A stretch of DNA of 50,478 nucleotides from positions 1 to 50,478 of the IMG/VR virus record IMGVR_UViG_3300023176_000477. One strand, given 5' to 3'. The notes under the pieces were generated by a model. It was not told where the DNA came from. It saw only the letters and a program-made list of their open reading frames with translations, and did no database searches. Numbering within the stretch: the first letter of the stretch is position 1; each line of letters begins with the position of its first letter. The position numbers and the translations under genes were made by a program. This stretch comes from a virus (lineage: Duplodnaviria; Caudoviricetes). Positions 27,878-36,112 of this stretch are shown piece after piece.

Positions 27878-28009
27878 CAAATACGGTGTATAGCTTGCAG
27901 TCTATAGATTATTCTATGGACTGCTGGGTATATTATACCAATAGTCTAGCTTCCGCACGGAATAAAGTAAAACATATTAAGTTGGCTAGACACGATAGAA
28001 AGGAATAAA

Positions 28010-28369
28010 ATGCGACAATATACAGACAGTGCAGATGCTATCAAAGCATATGCAGAGGAAGTTAACTTTGACTTTACAAATGTAAAGGTTGAGGAACTAA
28101 CCGAAGGCGAAAATAATGAGAGAGGTGGATTAAAACTTGCGTTTAAAAACTACCAAGGTGACGACATGGAAGTAACTGTTATACATACATGGTTTGATAC
28201 CTTTGCTGTTACATTTTGGACAGAAGAAAAAGGTAGTGAAACTATGCAAGATATATATTTCCCAGAATTAATGGAACTATTCAAGGGTTTAAAAGTTGCT
28301 TTAACCGGAGTAACAAAAGATGAATGGAATAAAATTCTAAATCACCAAAGTCAATTGGAGGAAGAATAA
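28010..28369 (+). CDS. Hypothetical protein
   Basis: AAAGGA SD; TAATG-coupled end. Confidence 0.8.
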   Translation: MRQYTDSADAIKAYAEEVNFDFTNVKVEELTEGENNERGGLKLAFKNYQGDDMEVTVIHTWFDTFAVTFWTEEKGSETMQDIYFPELMELFKGLKVALTGVTKDEWNKILNHQSQLEEE

Positions 28370-28518
28370 TGGCTAAGAAATATAAAATATATTTTATAGG
28401 CGAACGTACATACACAGCATCAAGTGAAGACCAAGCTATACGTATGGCGGAAACACACCTAGAAAATCTACCACCACAATTTAAATTAGATATAGGAGGT
28501 GTACGTAGTGAAGACTAA
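28369..28518 (+). CDS. 49-aa hypothetical protein (not in ORF track)
   Basis: MAKKYKIYFIGERTYTASSEDQAIRMAETHLENLPPQFKLDIGGVRSED; GGAGG SD. Confidence 0.65.
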   Translation: MAKKYKIYFIGERTYTASSEDQAIRMAETHLENLPPQFKLDIGGVRSED

Positions 28519-28624
28519 TAAAGAACATTCAATGTATCCAAGCTATATATATTGGAAAGAAAATGAACGTACAATTAAGGATAGAATAAAGGTAAGATTT
28601 GAATTGGATTACGATTTAAAATGA
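28508..28624 (+). CDS. 38-aa hypothetical protein (not in ORF track)
   Basis: GTG start after AGGAGGT; ATGA overlap with the next ORF. Confidence 0.45.
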   Translation: MKTNKEHSMYPSYIYWKENERTIKDRIKVRFELDYDLK

Positions 28625-28728
28625 GTAGCCCAACTGGACAACCTTACCCACAATGTTACAAATGTTTAGAATACACAGAGTATCCATTAGAAGAAGACGA
28701 ACTTTGTTTTAATTGTAACGTTATCTAA
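28621..28728 (+). CDS. 35-aa CxxC...CxxC Zn-ribbon microprotein (not in ORF track)
   Basis: MSSPTGQPYPQCYKCLEYTEYPLEEDELCFNCNVI. Confidence 0.55.
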   Translation: MSSPTGQPYPQCYKCLEYTEYPLEEDELCFNCNVI

Positions 28729-28741
28729 ATGAATACTTGGC

Positions 28742-28778
28742 GTTCTTTTCTTTTTCTTTATGGAAAATAGAAAAGAAC
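28742..28778 (+). promoter_or_regulatory. C-TTTAY-G loop hairpin 3
   Basis: gttcttttctttttc-TTTAT-ggaaaatagaaaagaac, upstream of ATG 28807. Confidence 0.75.
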
Positions 28779-28806
28779 TTATTATTAATTATAAGAAAGG
28801 GAATAT

Positions 28807-29010
28807 ATGGATATTGATGACAAGCTAGATAATCTAACTAATACACAGTTACGTACTGTTATTAAGTGGACACTAGCAGATACACATAATGCAGCTAAAA
28901 ATTACTCAGGACTTGATGAGAGAGTCAAGGGTTGGTGTGCAATGCTTAATGAAGCTATTGAATATCAAATTGATAAAGCTGTTAATAAAAATAATAGAGA
29001 GGAAGAATAA
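28807..29010 (+). CDS. Hypothetical protein
   Basis: AAAGGGA SD; coupled stop/start. Confidence 0.75.
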   Translation: MDIDDKLDNLTNTQLRTVIKWTLADTHNAAKNYSGLDERVKGWCAMLNEAIEYQIDKAVNKNNREEE

Positions 29011-29276
29011 TGAGTACTAAAGAAATATTAGAACACGTTAAACAATTATCTATGCGTATAAATGTGTTAGCTGATATGCAGATGTTAGTTATGGAAGAAT
29101 TGGGTGATAAAAATCCAAGGTTTCAAACAAAAGCTATAGCAAAAATATTATCGCACGATGAACTTAGAGAAGACTTTACTGAGTTTGTACAAACTGAAAA
29201 AGGTATGTCAGATAATGTAAAACTATTTATGCAAGATATAAATGAGATGATTAAAGATATAAGAGAGGAAGAATAA
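29010..29276 (+). CDS. Hypothetical protein
   Basis: GAGG SD; coupled stop/start. Confidence 0.75.
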   Translation: MSTKEILEHVKQLSMRINVLADMQMLVMEELGDKNPRFQTKAIAKILSHDELREDFTEFVQTEKGMSDNVKLFMQDINEMIKDIREEE

Positions 29277-29860
29277 TGCCTAACATATGTAGAAATAGCG
29301 TTGAAATTACAGGTGATACAAAAGATATTACTAAATTTTTAAATACTATTACAAAGAAAGATGATAATGGTGAGTACTATTACAGCTTCACAGAGGCTAG
29401 TCCTATGCCAAAAGAATTACAAAACTTACACCAAGGTTTAAGAACTATTGATGGTGTTAGATGTAACGTATGGTATGAAGATGATGATGGTGCTAGGCCA
29501 ATGCTTGATATAACTAAAGATGAATTGATAGATAAGTATGGTACATATGAACCAATTAGTTGGCAGTATGACTACTGGGGTACTAAATGGGGTGATATGT
29601 CAACACAATTAGTATCAGATACAACAATTGATGGTAAAAGAACTGTGCAATTTTGGTTTGAATCTGCATGGGGACAACCATTTATATTATTACATGACAT
29701 ATGTACTAAGTTTAGTTTAACTATGAAAAATACATATGACATTGAGTTTGAAGAAGAACTTAAAACAGATACGTATCCTATAGAAAACGCAGAAGAAATG
29801 TTTAATGAATACAGAAATAGTATGCGTGATATGAGAAGTAGCGTACGTGATGTTGTATAA
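29276..29860 (+). CDS. DUF1281/YubB ferredoxin-like domain protein
   Basis: MPNxCxN.V.I.G, PMP, W...WGTKWG, FESAW motifs. Confidence 0.75.
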   Translation: MPNICRNSVEITGDTKDITKFLNTITKKDDNGEYYYSFTEASPMPKELQNLHQGLRTIDGVRCNVWYEDDDGARPMLDITKDELIDKYGTYEPISWQYDYWGTKWGDMSTQLVSDTTIDGKRTVQFWFESAWGQPFILLHDICTKFSLTMKNTYDIEFEEELKTDTYPIENAEEMFNEYRNSMRDMRSSVRDVV

Positions 29861-30080
29861 AGAAAACTTAATAGTACAATATGCACACTGCGGTGAATGT
29901 TTACAATCTAAACCACCACATTATTCGCCAATGGAATGGCAAGATATATCAGTAGGTTTAGTTGAAGATATGCAACACTTACAAATATGGTGTAATAGAC
30001 ATGATGCTGAAGTTGCTTTGTTAGCTTTAGCAAGCAAAGTTACACCAGATATGCAGTGTGATTGTAGTGAACATGATTAA
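29847..30080 (+). CDS. Small Cys/His-rich protein
   Basis: HCGECL...QIWCNRHD. Confidence 0.65.
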   Translation: MMLYKENLIVQYAHCGECLQSKPPHYSPMEWQDISVGLVEDMQHLQIWCNRHDAEVALLALASKVTPDMQCDCSEHD

Positions 30081-30332
30081 AGTCAATGCAGCAATACTGT
30101 AATTGAAACGCAGAGCTATTTACATTGTTGACTTCCCCTTTGTCAACCGATAGACCATAATGTAGATAGCTTGTAGCACATAGGTAGTAACTCAATTTCC
30201 AACTTCTACTTGTGTGTTACAAGCTATCTATGAATGTTTTAGAAACGATGTAATATCTACAACTACAATTCATAGATGCAAAGCTAGTTATGTGTATTCA
30301 TGCCCAGTCTAAACAACATAATTAGCGTCTAT

Positions 30333-30373
30333 GTATGTAAGCCTTTCTCTTTATGAGCCAAAGGCTTACATAC
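30333..30373 (+). promoter_or_regulatory. C-TTTAY-G loop hairpin 4
   Basis: gtatgtaagcctttctc-TTTAT-gag(cc)aaaggcttacatac, upstream of ATG 30396. Confidence 0.8.
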
Positions 30374-30395
30374 TATAAAAAAAGAAAGGAGATAT

Positions 30396-30866
30396 ATGCC
30401 ATCAGGTGATTACTTAGAAGTACACGAACAAGATGACATTGAGTTCATGGTTACTCTTACATATTTAGATATGCCAGGAGCACCAAAAGAACATAATGCT
30501 AGAACTGTACGTGTGTTGTTAAAAGCCAAAGATATAATTCAAGCTGTAACTATGGCTACAACAATTGACATGGTAAACAAAGCAGAAATGATGACCGATT
30601 TTATCGGTTCACATCCATCGCTAATAAATAAACAAGTATTTACTAGAGATGAGATAAATAATCTAAGGCAGCAAGCTATAGATAATGGTGTATTTGCTAG
30701 CTGGCTAATGCATCCAGCATCTGCAATACAAGTTGTTCAATATGATAAGAGTCAAGAAATGAATGATATCGTATTGAATGACGTAATGGAACATGCTTCT
30801 CACTTGGGTGACCAAGCTGAGGAGTTCTTAAAAGATATAGACGAAGGAAAGGAAGGTACAAAATGA
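30396..30866 (+). CDS. Hypothetical protein preceding AAA+/VWA pair
   Basis: AAAGGAG SD; ATGA overlap with the ATPase. Confidence 0.8.
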   Translation: MPSGDYLEVHEQDDIEFMVTLTYLDMPGAPKEHNARTVRVLLKAKDIIQAVTMATTIDMVNKAEMMTDFIGSHPSLINKQVFTRDEINNLRQQAIDNGVFASWLMHPASAIQVVQYDKSQEMNDIVLNDVMEHASHLGDQAEEFLKDIDEGKEGTK

Positions 30867-31573
30867 ATTGTTGGGAATTACTTGACAATGTAATAAGTGT
30901 ATCAAATAGAATATTACTATATGGGCCACCAGGTACTGGTAAAACATATAGTGCTGTAAAGCAAAATCAACCTATAAATGCGTTTGGCGAACCAAATGTG
31001 TTTCAAATTACAATGACAGAAGATACTGCTTCTGCTAATTTAGAAGGCTTTTATAAACCAAGTAAAGATGGTGGCTTTCAATGGCATGACGGTATCGCTA
31101 TACAGGCATGGCGACATGGTGGTAGATTGGTAATCAATGAGATTGACCACGCATCACCAGACGCTATGACTTTTCTGCATGCAATTTTAGATGACCCAGA
31201 GATAGCAGGTATCACTCTTAACAATGATAAGAGAGAAACTGTTAGACCAGCAGATGGTTTTCAGGTTATCGCAACAACTAATAGTCCACCTGAGAGTTTA
31301 CCTTTGGCACTCAAAGATAGATTCCCAGTTAAAATTAATATGGATACAATACATCCAAAAGCTTTGGCTGTATTTCCTACTGAGTGGCATAAAGTTATTA
31401 ATGAAACTACATTAGTTGATGACCCAGAACAACGTGTATCTATACGTGCATGGAAAGAGTTCTTTATGCTTAAAGACCAAGACTTCAGTCAAGAAGTTGC
31501 AGCTAAACTTATATTTGCTGATAAATCAGAAGAAATTATCGATGCAATACTACTAGCTAAAGCTAATGACTAA
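30863..31573 (+). CDS. MoxR/CbbQ-like AAA+ ATPase
   Basis: GPPGTGKT, LVINEID, FQVIATTN, ALKDRF. Confidence 0.9.
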   Translation: MNCWELLDNVISVSNRILLYGPPGTGKTYSAVKQNQPINAFGEPNVFQITMTEDTASANLEGFYKPSKDGGFQWHDGIAIQAWRHGGRLVINEIDHASPDAMTFLHAILDDPEIAGITLNNDKRETVRPADGFQVIATTNSPPESLPLALKDRFPVKINMDTIHPKALAVFPTEWHKVINETTLVDDPEQRVSIRAWKEFFMLKDQDFSQEVAAKLIFADKSEEIIDAILLAKAND

Positions 31574-33002
31574 AGCATATCCATATCCAGAGATTGTAAC
31601 TGGAGAAGACTGGACTGTTTATGGTACTAGCGAATTTAATTCAACACCACGTACTGACAATGTCAATAACAAGATGGTTGTACCACTTGATAGAGAATGT
31701 GAGGCATGTGGTGTTAATCATAGTCGTATGGTACGTAGACATCAGTTAGGTCGTGCTAAATGGTCACCTAAAACATTAGGTAAGTTTGGTCCAGATGTAA
31801 GACAAGAAGCTGTAGAAATACTAGAACGTATGCGTATTGATTGGCTACTTGGTTATGCAGGTAGAGGTATAACAGACCCTTATGTATGCCAAGAGTTTAC
31901 AGATATGCAAGTACTTAAAGTAATCTATGAAGGTTCTATTGCAGAACTAATTACTTGTTTTCTTAATTTAGTTACATGGATTGATTCAAAACATCCACGT
32001 GCATATTATTCTACTAGTGCTAACTTAACTGGTAGAGCACAATGGTACTTAAGTGTACTAAGTAATTGTGCAGATGATATGCGTTTTACTGAGGCAAGAC
32101 GTATGGAATATCTATTTGTTTATCATCAAGTATATAAGTTTATGAGAAAGCTTATAGACGATAGACGAGCTGATTTACCTACGTTTGCTGCTGTAAAAAG
32201 ACAAGCAAAACTTTTGTCAATACTATTAGAAATGGATGAACGTCCAGATAAACAATATGTATTTAAACCTATGCCTAAGAAAGGTGAAGGTAGTGGCGAA
32301 AGTTCTGATGAATCTGAACAACAACAATCAGGTGGTTATGGTAATGGTTCTGCTAAAGACTTAGAAAAACGTATGAAACGTAAACTTATGGAAGACATGT
32401 CATACTATACAAGTTCTAGTATGGGTCAATGGGGTGAAATGAGAATACATGAACCACCATTGTCAGTTAATCTACAAGCTAGATTAAAGAATGGCAGAGA
32501 TTATAGACCACAAGATTATGGTTACAATCCTAAATACATTAATAGATATTGTATTGACAAGAAGATATTCAAACAAAGACAACGTGTCAAAGGTGGCACA
32601 ATATTGATTGACGCTTCTGGTTCAATGCGATTTGATGGTAAAGATATCTTAGATATTATGATGATATTACCTGCAGTTAACATTGCTATGTACAATGGTA
32701 GTGGTAACTGGGGTGACTTACGTATCATTGCTAAGAATGGACTACGTGTTAATGATGATTATTTAAACATACACTCTGGCAGAGGTAATGTTATAGATGG
32801 TCCAGCATTACGCTGGCTAGCTGAACAACCAGCAAGACGTATATGGGTTAGTGATATGAAAGTGTTTGGTAGAAACGATAGCAGTGTTGGTTACAATTTA
32901 CTTAGAGATTGTATAGACACATGTACTAAAGCACAGATAATTAACTTAAAAAACGTAGAGGAAGTAAAAGAACACGCATTAAAACTAAGCGTGCTAAACT
33001 AA
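31566..33002 (+). CDS. VWA (MIDAS) domain partner of the AAA+ ATPase
   Basis: ILIDASGSM, GNVIDG, IWVSD; Gly/Ser/Glu linker before the VWA region. Confidence 0.75.
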   Translation: MTKAYPYPEIVTGEDWTVYGTSEFNSTPRTDNVNNKMVVPLDRECEACGVNHSRMVRRHQLGRAKWSPKTLGKFGPDVRQEAVEILERMRIDWLLGYAGRGITDPYVCQEFTDMQVLKVIYEGSIAELITCFLNLVTWIDSKHPRAYYSTSANLTGRAQWYLSVLSNCADDMRFTEARRMEYLFVYHQVYKFMRKLIDDRRADLPTFAAVKRQAKLLSILLEMDERPDKQYVFKPMPKKGEGSGESSDESEQQQSGGYGNGSAKDLEKRMKRKLMEDMSYYTSSSMGQWGEMRIHEPPLSVNLQARLKNGRDYRPQDYGYNPKYINRYCIDKKIFKQRQRVKGGTILIDASGSMRFDGKDILDIMMILPAVNIAMYNGSGNWGDLRIIAKNGLRVNDDYLNIHSGRGNVIDGPALRWLAEQPARRIWVSDMKVFGRNDSSVGYNLLRDCIDTCTKAQIINLKNVEEVKEHALKLSVLN

Positions 33003-33158
33003 ATAGCAGGTAAGGTACTAGCAATAGTGACGTGTTCCTTTCCACGTAACCCTTACTAAGTAATGGAATAGAGTCGGAGGAGAACTCCGGACGAGGTTTT
33101 TCGCACATCTTGTGCAAGTCAATCCCTATAGTGAACACCATTACGCTATTTTTTTTTA
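33001..33158 (+). ncRNA. Structured ncRNA candidate ending in a U tract
   Basis: Closing stem aaatagc/gctattt, nested stems, GCAA tetraloop, T10 run. Confidence 0.55.
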
Positions 33159-33200
33159 TATAAAGTTTGACTAAATATCAATGAAAGTATAATGAATAGT

Positions 33201-33443
33201 ATGAATATAGATGATATGCTTTACGAAGCAGAAAATGGTAAAAGAAGTCCGATACTTGACAGGATAACTGAAGAAGCTGAACCTTTTTGGCATGGCTGCG
33301 AAGAACGTGTTAAGTCAGGACGCAACATAAAACCATATGTTGTTTCAAGATTATTGAAAGAACAATATGGTATCAAAATAAGTGAGAGTGCAGTGCGTAA
33401 TCACTTTGAAAACTTGGCGAATCTAGGTTCACAATATGAGTGA
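33201..33443 (+). CDS. Small protein with possible HTH, probably leaderless
   Basis: TATAAT-gaatagt-ATG; VSRLLKEQYGIKISESAVRNH. Confidence 0.7.
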   Translation: MNIDDMLYEAENGKRSPILDRITEEAEPFWHGCEERVKSGRNIKPYVVSRLLKEQYGIKISESAVRNHFENLANLGSQYE

Positions 33444-34494
33444 TAAAGATATTGATAAGCTATTTATAGAAGCTGAATCTAAATTAGTTCAAGAACTCAA
33501 AGCTGATAACCTTAAACTACTTAAGTCATTAGAAAAAGCTAAAAATAAAAAAGCTGATATGATTGAAGCAGTTTATGAAGCTGTATCTACTAACCTTCGT
33601 ACATGGGACAAACCAAATATCCCTAAACCTAAATTACATAAACGTAATAAGAACGAAGAAGTAGCTGTAGCTGTACTCTCAGATGTACAATTGGCGAAGG
33701 TAACGCCAGATTATAACACACAAGTAGCAGAAGAACGTGTAATTGAATATGCAAATAAGATAGTTGAATTGACAAATGTTCAACGTTCTGCACATCCAGT
33801 TAATAAATGCGTAGTCCTAGCTGCTGGTGATATCGTAGAAGGTGAGCTTATATTCCCAGGTCAAACACATTTGATTGATGCAAGTTTGTACAATCAAGTA
33901 ACAATAGATGGCCCAAGAATACTTACCAAATTCTTTGATACATTATTGGCGAACTTCCAAGAAGTAGAAGTACATTGGGTAATAGGTAATCATGGTTCAT
34001 TAGGTGGACGTGCAAGAAAAGATTATCACCCAGACTCTAACGCTGATAGAATGCTAGGCAAAATAATGGATATGGTATATGAAAAAGATAAACGAATATC
34101 ATTTGTTATTCCTGATAGTGAAGGCGATAATCATTGGTTTGATATTGCTGATTTGGGTAAGGGATGTAAATTCTTTGTATGGCATGGCGATAATGTAAGA
34201 GGACACAGCGGTTTTCCATGGTATGGCTTTGGTAAAAAGTTATTAGGATGGAAAGCACTAGCGTCTAGAGGTTTAATGCCTGACTTTGATTATGCTATTG
34301 CTGGACACTGGCATACACCTACAACTATGTATGTTAATGACATAAGATTGTGGGTAAATGGTAGTACTGAAAGTTACAATACATATGCATTAGAACAATT
34401 AGCGAGCATGGGAAGACCATGTCAATGGTTATTGTTTGCTAAACCTAATCATGGAGTAACTGCAGAATACCTTGTAAAATTGTCACATAAGTGA
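33436..34494 (+). CDS. Calcineurin-like metallophosphoesterase
   Basis: SDVQ, GDIVEG, GNHG, WHGD, GHWH, NGS motifs. Confidence 0.88.
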   Translation: MSDKDIDKLFIEAESKLVQELKADNLKLLKSLEKAKNKKADMIEAVYEAVSTNLRTWDKPNIPKPKLHKRNKNEEVAVAVLSDVQLAKVTPDYNTQVAEERVIEYANKIVELTNVQRSAHPVNKCVVLAAGDIVEGELIFPGQTHLIDASLYNQVTIDGPRILTKFFDTLLANFQEVEVHWVIGNHGSLGGRARKDYHPDSNADRMLGKIMDMVYEKDKRISFVIPDSEGDNHWFDIADLGKGCKFFVWHGDNVRGHSGFPWYGFGKKLLGWKALASRGLMPDFDYAIAGHWHTPTTMYVNDIRLWVNGSTESYNTYALEQLASMGRPCQWLLFAKPNHGVTAEYLVKLSHK

Positions 34495-34508
34495 CTATAA
34501 TGAATACT

Positions 34509-34679
34509 ATGACAAACATAGACACTAAGTCTAGTTGGGAGTTAACAGGCATAGAGTACAGTGGTTTAGGTGATAAGCCATACTTTATTCTGACCAACAT
34601 AAATGGCGAGTGCAAGCTTGTACCCATAGAAAAAGGGGTACATAACTTGCGAAGTTTATTAGACTTAGATAAAGAATAG
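34509..34679 (+). CDS. Small hypothetical protein, probably leaderless
   Basis: TTGTAA-18-TATAAT-gaatact-ATG. Confidence 0.6.
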   Translation: MTNIDTKSSWELTGIEYSGLGDKPYFILTNINGECKLVPIEKGVHNLRSLLDLDKE

Positions 34680-34681
34680 AA

Positions 34682-34718
34682 GTATTTGTTTTTCTCTTTA
34701 TGAGAAAAAAACAAATAC
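34682..34718 (+). promoter_or_regulatory. C-TTTAY-G loop hairpin 5
   Basis: gtatttgtttttctc-TTTAT-gagaaaaaaacaaatac, upstream of ATG 34732. Confidence 0.8.
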
Positions 34719-34731
34719 AGAAGGGAATGTT

Positions 34732-35298
34732 ATGACTAATAACGTTGACTTACTATCCCCATTTCCACAGGAGATAGTTAGGAAAGCACCAGCTGGTAAG
34801 TTTGGTGATTATGTTCCACACGCACACTACGTTGAGCGTTTAAGGGACAGTGGAGTTAAATACACATGGCAATGCGAACCTGTATATGGTACATACAATG
34901 GTGAAAAACGTATTGTCGGTGCTAAAGGTACTATAACAATTGATGGCATGGGTAGCTATGATGGCTTCGGTGACGTTGATACATTTAAGCTAGGTAATGC
35001 TAAGTTTAATGATGGTACTAATCTTAAAGATGCAGAGTCTGATGCATTTAAACGTGCATGTATGAGATTTGGTCTAGGCGTAGAGCTATGGTCAGGTTCA
35101 GTACAATCAGAAGAAGAAGCTACATCTTATGGAACTGATGGTTACACTCAAGAAATGGCTGACAAAGATGCCAAGGTTGAAGTAACTAAAGTAGATATGC
35201 GTAAAAAAGAGAACAAACCTACTAAGGAAGATGTTCAACGCATGAATGACATTATGGATAGTATCTTAGATACTGAAAATAATGAAGCACCATTCTAA
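34732..35298 (+). CDS. Rad52/Sak-like single-strand annealing recombinase
   Basis: L.SPFP..YV....ERL, KDAESDAFKRACMRFGLG signature. Confidence 0.85.
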   Translation: MTNNVDLLSPFPQEIVRKAPAGKFGDYVPHAHYVERLRDSGVKYTWQCEPVYGTYNGEKRIVGAKGTITIDGMGSYDGFGDVDTFKLGNAKFNDGTNLKDAESDAFKRACMRFGLGVELWSGSVQSEEEATSYGTDGYTQEMADKDAKVEVTKVDMRKKENKPTKEDVQRMNDIMDSILDTENNEAPF

Positions 35299-35840
35299 TG
35301 CAGGACTTAAACTTTATAGTAAATACTATACAGTCTATGACTGCATCAGTACAAAATAAAGAAACTCTAAACAAAATCATAGGTACTGCTAATCAATACG
35401 CAGTTACTATGAAGTTTCCTGCTGATAAAACAACATGGTCAGATAAACAATTAACAAAGTATTTCGATATGATTGAAAGACTTGTTGATATGCCTGTTGA
35501 GTATACACAAGATGAGTTTGATAGCTTATCAATACAAGAAAAACTATCAGCAGTTGGTATAGAGTCAGAAGATATCACACCAGGATTACAAGATTCTAGT
35601 GGAGTGATAGGAGGAATAGTAAATAAAATGGAACAACAAAATAAGTATAGAGATGACTTAAAATGTCCATATTGTGGAGAAATGGTTTATGATAATCGTA
35701 ACTCTAAAAGGTCAGATAAAAGTCCAGACTTTACATGTAGCACAAATGACCCTGCAAAATGCGGAGGACATAGTGGTAAGTGGCGTAAGTCTTGGTGGTT
35801 AGACAACTCAGATATACCTGAAGAATGGGGTATTAACTAA
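35298..35840 (+). CDS. Protein with C-terminal Zn ribbon
   Basis: CPYCG.MVYDNR..KSPDFTC..C. Confidence 0.75.
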   Translation: MQDLNFIVNTIQSMTASVQNKETLNKIIGTANQYAVTMKFPADKTTWSDKQLTKYFDMIERLVDMPVEYTQDEFDSLSIQEKLSAVGIESEDITPGLQDSSGVIGGIVNKMEQQNKYRDDLKCPYCGEMVYDNRNSKRSDKSPDFTCSTNDPAKCGGHSGKWRKSWWLDNSDIPEEWGIN

Positions 35841-36112
35841 TGATACCTGAATACTTTAGAGGCAGAGAAATACCTGCTTTTATTAAATCTAAAACACAGT
35901 TAGTTGCTTGGGCATTAACTGAGTTTATTGATGATGAACCAATTAGTAATTGGGAGTTTGTGGCAGAACTACATTGCCATAGGTTTGGTGGAATAATACA
36001 TAATCTTAGAGCAGAAGGTTATGAAATTACTACCTTACCTAGTAAGAAACGTGGGTTAGTACATTACTACTGTACTAAATTACCTACTAAGAAAGCTGCT
36101 ACCATTAGCTAA
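35840..36112 (+). CDS. Winged HTH DNA-binding protein
   Basis: PISNWE..RFGGIIHNLRAEGYEI.T pattern. Confidence 0.7.
   Translation: MIPEYFRGREIPAFIKSKTQLVAWALTEFIDDEPISNWEFVAELHCHRFGGIIHNLRAEGYEITTLPSKKRGLVHYYCTKLPTKKAATIS

Noticed and set aside
27554-28778. Reading the T-rich TTTAY hairpins as intrinsic terminators
   Set aside because: The stems are AT-rich, there is no consistent U tail, and the loop is conserved across five sites, which terminators do not require.
26100-34720. CRISPR array or tRNA genes among the hairpins
   Set aside because: No regularly spaced identical repeats and no cloverleaf with a TTC T-loop were seen.
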